28,183 nt of DNA from Promethearchaeota archaeon (lineage in GTDB: Archaea; Asgardarchaeota; Lokiarchaeia; Sigyniarchaeales; SOKP01), in contig SDNY01000042.1 of the NCBI GenBank assembly GCA_004524535.1, forward strand, positions 1 to 28,183. The letters run 5' to 3'. Shown here in pieces: positions 15,507-24,560 of this stretch. A program made the position numbers and the translations under genes. Numbering within the stretch: position 1 is the first letter of the stretch; every line of letters begins with the position of its first letter. A model generated the notes under the pieces. That model was given only the letters and a program-made list of their open reading frames with translations. It did not search any database and was not told the DNA's origin.

Positions 15507-17729
15507 ATGAGTGGTTTTACAAGTGGATATGAAAGAGAGGGGAATAAGTTAAGAGTAAAAGATGCTTTTAAGGAAGATGCTGGACGGGGTATTGTAAGAA
15601 TTGATCCTGATTTAACGGCAGAATTAAATATAAAAACAGGAGATGTTATAGAAATATCCCATCCTACAACTAATTTAAAAACTGCAGCATTGTTATACCC
15701 TGGAAGGTTAGAAGATAAAGGAGCTGGCATAATTCGAATCGATCAATCCTTGAGAAGAAATTTAGGCGCTTCTTTAGATGACATCGTGGAAATTCGCAAA
15801 ATAGAAGCTGCCTTAGCAAGTAAAATAACATTTGCGGGTTTAAAAGAAGCTGTAATATTAAGAAATCCTCAACAATTAGCGAGAAAATTAGAGAATCGTG
15901 TAATTACAAAAGACGATCTTATAAGTTTTTACGCTTATGCTCGTAGAGTAGATCTTGTGGTTGTAGATTTTCATCCGAAAGCTGATGCGGTTCGAATCCA
16001 TTTAGACACGAAGGTTGTTTTTAGTGAAAAAAGTCATATGGAGCTTATAGAGTTAGAGAAAGCAAAAGTTACTTACGAGGATATAGGAGGGTTAGAAGAA
16101 GAAATTCAGAGAATCCGTGAAATGATTGAATTACCTATAAGACACCCCGAGTTGTACAAAAGAATTGGAATTAATCCTCCCAAAGGCGTTTTACTTCATG
16201 GACCCCCTGGTACAGGGAAAACATTGTTAGCAAGAGCAGTCTCATACGAGACTGATGCCCATTTTATAACGATTAGCGGACCTGAAATTATGAGCAAATT
16301 TTATGGTCAAAGTGAAGAAAATCTTCGCAAAATTTTCGACGATGCAAAGGATAACGCTCCTTCAATAATTTTTATTGATGAATTAGATTCGATAGCTCCT
16401 AAAAGAGGCGAAGTAACTGGTGAAGTAGAGAGGAGAGTTGTTGCTCAACTTCTTTCCTTGTTAGATGGTTTGGAAGGAAGAGGTGAAACTATTGTCATCG
16501 GAGCAACTAATAGAGTAAATGATATTGATCCTGCGCTTAGAAGACCTGGAAGATTTGACCGTGAAATTGAAATTGGCGTCCCAGACACAGATGGACGATA
16601 TGAAATATTATTAATTCACACGCGTGGAATGCCATTATATAAAGATGTTAATTTACGATTAATGGCTGAAAAAACTCACGGATTTGTTGGAGCAGATGTC
16701 GAAGCATTGGCAAAAGAAGCGGCAATGTTATCAATAAGAGAAATATTGCCAAAAATTGATTTAGAGAAACCTATCCCCCCTGAAATTTTAAACAATCTTC
16801 AAATTACAATGAATCATTTTGAATCTGCGTTAAATAGTATTGAACCTTCAGCATTAAGAGAAGTCTTGATAACACAACCTACTGAAACTTGGGAAGATAT
16901 TGGTGGTTTAGAAGAGGTAATCTTACAATTAAAGGAAGTAATCGAGTGGCCTTTAAAATATCCTGAATTATATCGCCATTTGAATTCAAAACCTCCAAAT
17001 GGAATTTTACTTCATGGACCCCCTGGTACTGGGAAAACATTGTTAGCGAAGGCATTAGCTCATGAGAGCGAATTGAATTTTATTTCGGTTAAGGGCCCCG
17101 AATTTTTATCCAAATGGGTTGGCGAAAGTGAAAAAGCAGTGAGAGAAACTTTTCGAAAAGCAAGGTCAGCATCTCCTTGTATTATTTTCTTCGATGAAAT
17201 TGATGCTATAGCAGCAATAAGGGGAAGATCAGCTGGTTCTCACGTAACTGAATCAGTTATATCACAATTACTAACTGAAATGGATGGATTAGAAGGATTA
17301 AAAGATGTTATTTTACTTGCTGCAACAAATAGGGTTGATATGCTCGATCCAGCAATGTTACGTTCAGGAAGATTCGGCAGACACATTGAAATACCAATGC
17401 CTGATAAAAAAGCACGCAAAGAAATATTTAAAATTCATCTTAAGAATAAACCCTTAGCTAAAGATGTTGATATTGATAAAATGACACAAAGTATGGAAAA
17501 TTATACTGGTGCAGATATACAAGGAATATGCGAAGAAGCAACTCTGTTAACTATTCGAAGAGCTCTAGCCGATCCTACGATTAATTCACAAGATTCAGAA
17601 TCAGTAAAGAAAGTAAAAATTTCAAAAAAGGAATTCGATGATGCTATGGAGAAAATATTAAAATCCGCAGACCGGGCTAAAATTGCTCAAGATAGATATG
17701 CAAAAGAACCAGAAGAAATGTATAGATGA
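15507..17729 (+). CDS. cdc48: CDC48/VAT (p97-like) AAA+ ATPase
   Basis: N-domain ([10 protein letters not shown]), two AAA modules (GPPGTGKT twice, IIFIDELD / [16 protein letters not shown] / RSGRFGRH) and a C-terminal HbYX tail, MYR. Confidence 0.97.
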   Translation: MSGFTSGYEREGNKLRVKDAFKEDAGRGIVRIDPDLTAELNIKTGDVIEISHPTTNLKTAALLYPGRLEDKGAGIIRIDQSLRRNLGASLDDIVEIRKIEAALASKITFAGLKEAVILRNPQQLARKLENRVITKDDLISFYAYARRVDLVVVDFHPKADAVRIHLDTKVVFSEKSHMELIELEKAKVTYEDIGGLEEEIQRIREMIELPIRHPELYKRIGINPPKGVLLHGPPGTGKTLLARAVSYETDAHFITISGPEIMSKFYGQSEENLRKIFDDAKDNAPSIIFIDELDSIAPKRGEVTGEVERRVVAQLLSLLDGLEGRGETIVIGATNRVNDIDPALRRPGRFDREIEIGVPDTDGRYEILLIHTRGMPLYKDVNLRLMAEKTHGFVGADVEALAKEAAMLSIREILPKIDLEKPIPPEILNNLQITMNHFESALNSIEPSALREVLITQPTETWEDIGGLEEVILQLKEVIEWPLKYPELYRHLNSKPPNGILLHGPPGTGKTLLAKALAHESELNFISVKGPEFLSKWVGESEKAVRETFRKARSASPCIIFFDEIDAIAAIRGRSAGSHVTESVISQLLTEMDGLEGLKDVILLAATNRVDMLDPAMLRSGRFGRHIEIPMPDKKARKEIFKIHLKNKPLAKDVDIDKMTQSMENYTGADIQGICEEATLLTIRRALADPTINSQDSESVKKVKISKKEFDDAMEKILKSADRAKIAQDRYAKEPEEMYR
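16189..16231 (+). repeat. 43-nt intragenic direct repeat, copy 1 (cdc48 D1 Walker A)
   Basis: TTTTACTTCATGGACCCCCTGGTACAGGGAAAACATTGTTAGC; 42/43 identical to 17005-17047. Confidence 0.9.
17005..17047 (+). repeat. 43-nt intragenic direct repeat, copy 2 (cdc48 D2 Walker A)
   Basis: TTTTACTTCATGGACCCCCTGGTACTGGGAAAACATTGTTAGC; a single A/T mismatch versus copy 1. Confidence 0.9.
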
Positions 17730-17780
17730 TTAAAATTTTAAATACAAATAAAAATATTAAATAAAAGTGTGAGTTTTTAT

Positions 17781-18605
17781 ATGGAAGTAGAAGAAAGTGA
17801 AGGAAATAGTAATTTTATCAGTTTAGATAATTTATTGGAAATATTGGGAAATCCAACGAGAAGATTAATTTTATCAAAATTAGCTAAAGTTCCTCACTCC
17901 ACTTCAGAATTAGCTAATGAATTAGGAATATCAAGACAAGCAGTTCATAGTCAATTAAAAATTCTACTTAGTTATAATATAATTGAAGAAATAATTCCCG
18001 AAAAGCCTGGAGGAGAATATTGTATTAAGAGTAATCTTTCAATAAGAATAGATATAAATCCTCATTATTACAATATTAAGTATAGTTCAGAAGAAATAAA
18101 GGGAGATAGCGATATAATTCAACTCAAAGATACTGATTTTTCTTCTGATTATCAAAGAATTAAATCACCTAATAAAAAAATTAGATTCCTAGGAGAAAGA
18201 ATTAAAGAAATAGAAGATAATGTCAGAATTTTAGAAATTGAGAGAAGTATGTTGCTACAAAATAAACAATGCTTTCTTGGTGAGCTAAAAAATATAATGG
18301 AACGGCAATATAAGGAAAAGCTTCTTAAATCAATTAAAGAACGACGTAAAAAAGATAAACTCATTAAGGAAAGTCTAAATTTGGGAGAAGAAATTTTTTT
18401 TACTTTGTTTTTCAATCCCGAAAAATATTTCAAAAAAACGTCTGTTAGTCTGTTAGATCGGTTAGTAGACGAGCTCTTTTCTTCAGATATGGATATAGAT
18501 TTACGAGCGAGAAATCGAGTTTCAATAGAACCATTGCTTAAGGATTTATCAAAAATAATGGATTTTCTCCATGAAGAAGAAGATGATTGGTTTTTTGATT
18601 TATAA
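17781..18605 (+). CDS. ArsR-type wHTH regulator, probable Phr/HSR1-like heat-shock repressor
   Basis: LEILGNPTRRLILSKLAKVPHSTSELANELGISRQAVHSQLKIL, then a coiled coil; linked to hsp20-cdc48. Start is ATG 17781 or GTG 17769. Confidence 0.8.
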   Translation: MEVEESEGNSNFISLDNLLEILGNPTRRLILSKLAKVPHSTSELANELGISRQAVHSQLKILLSYNIIEEIIPEKPGGEYCIKSNLSIRIDINPHYYNIKYSSEEIKGDSDIIQLKDTDFSSDYQRIKSPNKKIRFLGERIKEIEDNVRILEIERSMLLQNKQCFLGELKNIMERQYKEKLLKSIKERRKKDKLIKESLNLGEEIFFTLFFNPEKYFKKTSVSLLDRLVDELFSSDMDIDLRARNRVSIEPLLKDLSKIMDFLHEEEDDWFFDL

Positions 18606-18632
18606 TTTAGTAAAAATTAAAACAAAAATCGG

Positions 18633-19142
18633 GTGAATAATATAAATCTTAAAGAATTAAAGAAAGAAATTCCTGATATTTTTGAAAAGGTTAGAATTGA
18701 TGTAAAGCAGATCCTTGGGCGCCATAGGGCTGGTCTAAACTTAGGTTTAGCAGAAATGGGAATGTATCGAGGCGGATTTATTGGCGGAATGCATTTCCCT
18801 CCAGGAACCGACATTGTTATGAATAAAACACCGTTGAAAATTATTCTTGAAGAACAACCCTATGAAATTGTTTGGGCCTACACTTATCACATTCTTTTAC
18901 ACGAATACTTACATTCTCTTGGTATCTGGGATGAGAGATTATGTCGAGCCATAACCCTTAGGATTAGCGAAGAAATTTTTAAAGACGCAGACCATCCCGC
19001 AATAATTCTAGCAAAAAATGGGATTGGAACATATTTTCCTAATTTGCATTTGATATATGCTCCTTCTGAATATCATCCAGATGGAATTTCTATAGAATAT
19101 GTAATGGATTTTGATAGAGAAAGCTATTCGTATTATTCATAA
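18633..19142 (+). CDS. Small putative zinc metallopeptidase (HExxH)
   Basis: FIGGMH...IVMNK...HILLHEYLHSLG; 169 aa; 27 nt downstream of the ArsR gene. Confidence 0.7.
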   Translation: MNNINLKELKKEIPDIFEKVRIDVKQILGRHRAGLNLGLAEMGMYRGGFIGGMHFPPGTDIVMNKTPLKIILEEQPYEIVWAYTYHILLHEYLHSLGIWDERLCRAITLRISEEIFKDADHPAIILAKNGIGTYFPNLHLIYAPSEYHPDGISIEYVMDFDRESYSYYS

Positions 19143-19496
19143 ACTTTTTGCGAAAACATTTGAAAAATAATTTATTATAGGTGTAAAAAATTTTTACAAG
19201 AGTATGTTTTATTTTTCATAGATATTAAAATTAATTAGCAAGAAGAATTTAGAATGAGCGGTAAAAATAAAGCTGTATTTCCCAAGGCTAATACTGGCTT
19301 TATGATATTTTTAAAAACAGAAGGTAATTAAAGCTTTATTTTATAATCTCACAAATTTTAATTGGGTCTAAAAGTTTAAAAACTCTAAATTTACTAGCTA
19401 TTTAAATAGTAAAAAAATAAGAATATATAAAAAAAGAAAATACACTGAAATATTTTTAAAATTCGACAATTCATTAAATACTTATTTGTGGTTTAA

Positions 19497-20870
19497 TTGG
19501 TTTATTTTCAGATTAGTCGCATAGGATTTAATTGCGGATATGATAAAAAAGAATGTGATAAATATCCAAATCATTGTACGGAATGTGTTATGATTCGGAT
19601 TCGAGAACTTGGTCTCGAAATAAATGATAATATAAGAGTTTTCGAGATGGATTCTGAAGAAAAACGCATGCAAATGCTACATGACTTAATCTGGCAAAAA
19701 TTCTTAGATGTTTTGAACTTAAAGCATATTTTAATATTGTCAAAAGAGTCTGGGTTACCTATTGTGAATTATCCAATTTCAAGGATAGGGATGGATATAG
19801 ATTTATTGACCGGTTTTATGCAAGCGAATATTATTTTTTCTGAAACAGACAACGCTTCAGAAGATAGTACAAATTTTGCAACAGACCAACAATTCTACGA
19901 ATTCAATTACAAAAACTTCAATGTCTTACTCAAAAATGGAGAATTTATAAGAGTCTGCTTGATATTGGACGAAATTGCTTCTGACGACCTAAAGAATCTC
20001 CTTAATGCATTTTTGAACGTTTATGAAAGGAATTATCGAGATAAAATTATAGAGAATTTAAAAACAGGAGTTCTCAATTTTGATGATACAATTGATTTTA
20101 TGGTTGATACTTTCAATGTCAAATTAGTGTTTCCAATGGTTCTTACACATACTTTTTCCCCGGATGTAATAGAATCAATAAATAAGAATTATATTCAAAA
20201 AGCAGCAGTAGACTTTGCTAAAGAATTTCTAGCATCAAAACCATTCTTTTTTATTAATAATTTACTTAATGAGGTTAAAACAACTTTCAAGATTGATCCG
20301 AAGGTTATTCTTTATGAAATCTATCAGCTTTTAGAAAAAAATGTTATAATTCCCACTTCTCTTGAAACAGTTCAAAACCATGTTGAAACCTTTGAAGAAA
20401 CATATGCAATAAGAATAGCTAGTAATAAACTAATTTCCCCAATAATTGCTGCTGATAATGAGATAGAAGAATTAAAAGAAAAAGCTAAACATATGGACAA
20501 TGAAGAGGCAAAAGAATTAATAGATCAATTCATTAAGAAAGCTCAAACTGCCGAAAAGACTTTAGCCTATACAGAAGCCCAAAAAGAATATGAAAAAGCG
20601 CTTTATCTGGCAACCGGGTTTAATTTTAAAAAAACGATTGGTAAAATTTCATTCATGATTCTAGAACTTGATAAAAAGTATAAAGAAATGGAACTTGAAT
20701 ACACCCAAAATGCTGGGGAAAAAGCTGAGAAAAAGAGTGATTACTTCAATGCCATACGACATTATCAAAAAGCACTTTCTTTACTTCGAGAGTTCTCGAT
20801 TTATTCTGATAACAAGTCTAGTAGAAGGAAAATAGAAAAAAAAATTGCTAAACTTCAAACTCAACTATAA
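19497..20870 (+). CDS. Hypothetical protein: Cys4 N-terminus, longin-like domain and helical/TPR-like C-terminus
   Basis: C-x6-C-x6-C-x2-C near the N-terminus. HILILSKESGLPIV...DLLTGFMQA...EFNYKNFNVLLKNGEFIRVCLIL resembles Lokiarchaeal longin-like domains. C-terminal AQKEYEKAL and AIRHYQKAL helices. Confidence 0.65.
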   Translation: MVYFQISRIGFNCGYDKKECDKYPNHCTECVMIRIRELGLEINDNIRVFEMDSEEKRMQMLHDLIWQKFLDVLNLKHILILSKESGLPIVNYPISRIGMDIDLLTGFMQANIIFSETDNASEDSTNFATDQQFYEFNYKNFNVLLKNGEFIRVCLILDEIASDDLKNLLNAFLNVYERNYRDKIIENLKTGVLNFDDTIDFMVDTFNVKLVFPMVLTHTFSPDVIESINKNYIQKAAVDFAKEFLASKPFFFINNLLNEVKTTFKIDPKVILYEIYQLLEKNVIIPTSLETVQNHVETFEETYAIRIASNKLISPIIAADNEIEELKEKAKHMDNEEAKELIDQFIKKAQTAEKTLAYTEAQKEYEKALYLATGFNFKKTIGKISFMILELDKKYKEMELEYTQNAGEKAEKKSDYFNAIRHYQKALSLLREFSIYSDNKSSRRKIEKKIAKLQTQL

Positions 20871-21022
20871 ATTGATTTATTTGAGTTGATTTTTTAGAGA
20901 TCTATTTATAAATTCTTAATAGCAATTATTTTTTTATTTTAACTTTTAGTCATTAAAATTAATTACCAAGAACAATTTTTATTACTTAGTAGAAAGTGAA
21001 AATATGAAATGGTCGATTAAAA

Positions 21023-22093
21023 ATAACTCAAGCATCTAAAGAAGATAATGTTCAAGATGAAACAGAAGAGAAAATTGAAAAAGGGTTAGAAATTGGGCCA
21101 GATCAATTCGTTCTCAACTGGAAATATAAGGATATTAGTAAAGAACTTACGTACGACATTAAAAAATGTATAGGTTGTAGTTTATGTAAACTTGTATGTC
21201 CCGTTGACGCCATTGAGCTTGGACCAATTCCAGAAATAGCTCAAAACATTTTAGACGAATCTAATCCAAAACTTTTAATTGACCATGAAAAATGCTGCTA
21301 CTGCATGTTGTGCGCCATAGTTTGCCCAACCGACGCATTTCACGAAAATTTTGAACCTGAAGGGCAAATTGACCTTGAAGAATTTCCTACAATAGGTAAA
21401 TTTTACAAAATCGATGAGGATAAATGTGTTGAAGATCTTAATAACGAGATTTGTCAATTATGTTTAAAGGTGCGAGATAGAAACAGCGTAAAAGTTTATT
21501 TCAGAATTGAAAAAGAGTGTCCCACTCAATGTTTTCATATCGATTCTCCTATAGAGGGAGAAGTAATTATCAAAAAAAATATGTTGTGGAAGTGTGACCC
21601 CCAAGGTTGTAAAGCTTGTGTTAATATATGCCCCACAGAATCTTTTTTTATTCCAGAAAGCGCCGAAGATGTCATAAAATATGGAAAAATTGCATGTAAT
21701 GAAGATGCATGTTTTTACTGCGGTGCTTGCGAGAATTCATGCCCTGATGATTTAATCGTGGTCGAAAGAAAAAATATCGTTATAGAGGACCCAAAAAAGC
21801 AAGGAAATTATCCCTGGATTAAAGGATGGGTTAAAAACATTAAAGAAATCTTGAGAAAGAGACTTATTGAAGGAAAAGAACAGTTTAGTATTCCAATTAT
21901 CGAAAAAGAAATTGAAAAAGTAAAAGAAAAAATAATAGAGGCAATACCTCAATTATCGGAAGAAGACCGTCAAAAATTAAATGAATTAAACGAAAAAATT
22001 CAAACCTTACTGAAATCTAAAAAAATTCGATATTGGATAAAAGATAAAAAAGTTGATAAAATCTTAAAAGAATTAAGAAAGCAACTACAGTAA
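21023..22093 (+). CDS. Polyferredoxin, FwdF-like; start extended to a probable ATA codon
   Basis: The ORF-track ATG at 21305 falls inside a cluster motif (CCYCMLCAIVCP). The frame is open from 21008 and encodes another motif, CIGCSLCKLVCP. Further motifs are CDPQGCKACVNICP and CFYCGACENSCP. The start is inferred. Confidence 0.8.
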   Translation: MTQASKEDNVQDETEEKIEKGLEIGPDQFVLNWKYKDISKELTYDIKKCIGCSLCKLVCPVDAIELGPIPEIAQNILDESNPKLLIDHEKCCYCMLCAIVCPTDAFHENFEPEGQIDLEEFPTIGKFYKIDEDKCVEDLNNEICQLCLKVRDRNSVKVYFRIEKECPTQCFHIDSPIEGEVIIKKNMLWKCDPQGCKACVNICPTESFFIPESAEDVIKYGKIACNEDACFYCGACENSCPDDLIVVERKNIVIEDPKKQGNYPWIKGWVKNIKEILRKRLIEGKEQFSIPIIEKEIEKVKEKIIEAIPQLSEEDRQKLNELNEKIQTLLKSKKIRYWIKDKKVDKILKELRKQLQ

Positions 22094-22105
22094 AAAGAAA
22101 ATAAT

Positions 22106-22639
22106 TTATTTATTCTCTTCATATAATGATGGTAAAAAATTTGTAAATTCACTTATCTCTTCTATATTATGTTTACGCAGAGCTTTTAAAAACCATCGAG
22201 GAGTCTTTGCCGGTAACCGAAATGTTGTACGTAATCGCGTCCCATCATCAATAGACTCATATTCATGTAATATCCAACTGAGAGGTTTATCGTTGCTATC
22301 AAGGATACTCCCTGCCAATAGATGGCTGTAGGTTGCTTTTATGGGTATTGAACTTGGGTCTTCCCAACGAATCCGTAACATGGTGGGAACTTTTACAGTT
22401 TCTATGACATGTTGGATTGCACCAACATGCCCGTTTTCGGGAGATTTTTCCCATTTAAATGAAATATGATCTTTAGGATGCCATAATTTATAGCGCTCTG
22501 TAGTATTAATGTGATCCCACCACCAATCAATCATTTCTGCAGTAACCCGTTGTAATTTATGATCAACAATCAAATCAACTGTTTCAGAGTTTGATGCACT
22601 AGCGATCTCTTCCATTACTCGAAATGACTCTCTACTCAT
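22106..22639 (-). CDS. PhlG (DAPG hydrolase)-like / Bet v1-fold protein
   Basis: VTAEMIDWWW...ERYKLWHPKDH, HVIE, G.RLRTTFRL and C-terminal HNIEEISEFTNFLPSLY. Confidence 0.7.
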   Translation of the reverse strand: MSRESFRVMEEIASASNSETVDLIVDHKLQRVTAEMIDWWWDHINTTERYKLWHPKDHISFKWEKSPENGHVGAIQHVIETVKVPTMLRIRWEDPSSIPIKATYSHLLAGSILDSNDKPLSWILHEYESIDDGTRLRTTFRLPAKTPRWFLKALRKHNIEEISEFTNFLPSLYEENK

Positions 22640-22780
22640 CTCCTCTATCTTTTCTTGATCTTCCCTTAATATTATTCCTAAATCACTTAATCATTTATTT
22701 ATAAGATGTCAAATATAATAGTACTTAAATTAATTTATTTCATATTATAATTTATAACTTATTTTAATGAGGTTTAATAA

Positions 22781-23323
22781 ATGATTTTAGAAAAATTAAA
22801 TGAGTGGCCATCTCCAAAAATTACTAAGCATTTACTAATTTTTAGCATAATATTAACTATTATCGTGTATCCGATTATGGCATATTTTTTTATATTATCA
22901 AAATACCCTGTTGGATTCATAGAAAGTCAATTATCGTTCAGTGGCTCCGTATTAAAAGGACATTATAAAATAACTAACATAAACTATTATAGAATTATGC
23001 AAATTTTAGATTACGCATATATGATTTCTTACGGAACTTTTTCTTTTAGTTTAGCTTTAATAATTTCTCGAAAATTTGAGAATGGCTCATTTTGGAGTAA
23101 TTCGGGTCATTTAATAAGCATTTTAGGTATTTTTGCTGCTTGTTGTGATGCGATTGAAAATGCTTTTATATTAGCTATGCTTACAGACCCTTCAGGCTTC
23201 CCAGATATATGGGCTATAACGCATAGCTGTTTTGCCCTCGTGAAGTATATTTTATTATTTACATGTATTGGCTGGGCAATTGTGGCTGCTATTACTCTTT
23301 TGATCAAGAAAAGATCCTCTTAG
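22781..23323 (+). CDS. Hypothetical membrane protein (~4 transmembrane segments)
   Basis: Four hydrophobic stretches; LDY..MISYG and DAIEN motifs; GAGGT SD. Confidence 0.75.
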   Translation: MILEKLNEWPSPKITKHLLIFSIILTIIVYPIMAYFFILSKYPVGFIESQLSFSGSVLKGHYKITNINYYRIMQILDYAYMISYGTFSFSLALIISRKFENGSFWSNSGHLISILGIFAACCDAIENAFILAMLTDPSGFPDIWAITHSCFALVKYILLFTCIGWAIVAAITLLIKKRSS

Positions 23324-23438
23324 ATCTCATTTTTTTATTTCTATTCCTTTTTTTTAAAAAGAGAATTGTTTAAATAATTTTTTATATAATTATAGTGCTT
23401 AAATTAATTTTCAATCAGAATTAATAGGAAATATCAGA

Positions 23439-23705
23439 ATGATTCTAAAACTAATTATTAAGAATAATAAAAAAACAGGAAAACATGATTTAAAGGCATG
23501 CATTCAAAAAAATAAAGATTTTGACAATGAAATCAAACAAATTTTTCAATTTTTTAAAGACAACATTAAAATCTCTGCTAAGAGAAGATTTTATAATTAT
23601 TATAAAGTCAATTCGGATAATCCTGCTATTATGATGTCGCTATTCTCAACTGTCCTCGATTTAATACCAGATATTTATTTTAATTCCGAAGAGCCTAAAG
23701 ATTAG
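23439..23705 (+). CDS. Hypothetical protein (88 aa)
   Basis: Non-overlapping ORF with ATG, AGGA upstream and protein-like composition. Confidence 0.6.
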   Translation: MILKLIIKNNKKTGKHDLKACIQKNKDFDNEIKQIFQFFKDNIKISAKRRFYNYYKVNSDNPAIMMSLFSTVLDLIPDIYFNSEEPKD

Positions 23706-23716
23706 AATCATGAAAA

Positions 23717-23818
23717 TGGGAGGAGGGGGATTCGAACCCCCGGCCTCCTGGTGTTTTGCTCCAACCTTTCTGTTTGAAGTCCCAAACCAGGAATCATACC
23801 AAGCTAGACCACCCTCCC
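23717..23818 (-). tRNA. tRNA-Pro(TGG) with a 28-nt intron at canonical position 37/38 (intron 23753-23780)
   Basis: The minus strand reads GGGAGGG TG GTCTAGCTTGGTATGAT T CCTGG TTTGGG [ACTTCAAACAGAAAGGTTGGAGCAAAAC] A CCAGG AGGCC GGGGG TTCGAAT CCCCC TCCTCCC A. Bulge-helix-bulge: helix TTTG/CAAA with bulges GGA and ACA. CCA is not encoded. Confidence 0.96.
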
Positions 23819-23976
23819 GAGGAGGATCTATAAATAATAATAATTATACAATTCAAAAGTTAATCTTATTTTTTCAATTTTGCTTTTTTTGAACAATTAT
23901 AAAATAATATTTCATAACTTACATTTTCATAGTTTGAATAATTAAATCGAAAACAAATACAATATATGTTTTAATT

Positions 23977-24555
23977 TTGAAAAAAGTAATTTATCTTCAA
24001 AAAATTGGCGATGTGGATGACATCGTTCTGAAGAAATTAAAGAAAAACTTGAATTCGTTTTTTAAAGAGTTTATTGATTCAGTAGAAATTTCGCCTGACT
24101 CTATTCCACTCAAAGTATCTGAATATAGTCCATCAAAGAGACAATATAATGGTTCATTAACTGTAAGAAGGCTTTATAAATATTGTAATGAGAGAAAACA
24201 TTTTCGCACATTAGGAATAATCGATAAAGACATATTTTCAGGAGAATTCAAATTTATATTTGGTAATGCAATAATTCCAAAAAAGCAAGATCTAAATTCG
24301 CCTGGAGCTTCTTTAATTCAAATAAAGCGCCTTAAAGAAGGATTTTATAATCGTCCTGAAAATAAAGCTCAATTTGAATTGAGAGTTCTTAAAGAAGCAA
24401 TACATGAGCTCGGGCATACTTTTTGCTTGGAACATTGTAATAATAAATGTGTTATGCAATTTTCAAACAGTTTACTCGAAGCAGATGAAAAACCAGCTAA
24501 ATTCTGCTTGTCTTGTTCTAAAAAATTAAAGGATCTTTTTGGGAATTTAGATTAA
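23977..24555 (+). CDS. amzA: Archaemetzincin (peptidase M54)
   Basis: RQYNG, DIF..FIFG.A, RVLKEAIHELGHTFCLEHC..KCVMQFSNS..E.D.K...FC..C (Met-turn plus Cys4 zinc site). Confidence 0.9.
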   Translation: MKKVIYLQKIGDVDDIVLKKLKKNLNSFFKEFIDSVEISPDSIPLKVSEYSPSKRQYNGSLTVRRLYKYCNERKHFRTLGIIDKDIFSGEFKFIFGNAIIPKKQDLNSPGASLIQIKRLKEGFYNRPENKAQFELRVLKEAIHELGHTFCLEHCNNKCVMQFSNSLLEADEKPAKFCLSCSKKLKDLFGNLD

Positions 24556-24560
24556 ATGAT

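Noticed and set aside
12221-18814. Opposite-strand ORFs at 12221, 12246, 12466, 13187, 14368, 15488, 18152 and 18617
   Set aside because: They overlap stronger genes on the other strand and have no recognisable motifs.
19254-19331. 25-codon ORF MSGKNKAVFPKANTGFMIFLKTEGN in the long AT-rich spacer
   Set aside because: It is too short, with no clear SD or motif, and cannot be distinguished from chance without conservation data.
20996-21007. Selenocysteine readthrough of the in-frame TGA at 21005 from GTG 20996
   Set aside because: Sec would be residue 4 in a non-catalytic leader, not at a Cys-equivalent position, and I recognised no SECIS.
23710-23892. 60-aa plus-strand ORF MKMGGGGFEPPAS...
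   Set aside because: It is the antisense translation of the tRNA-Pro gene.
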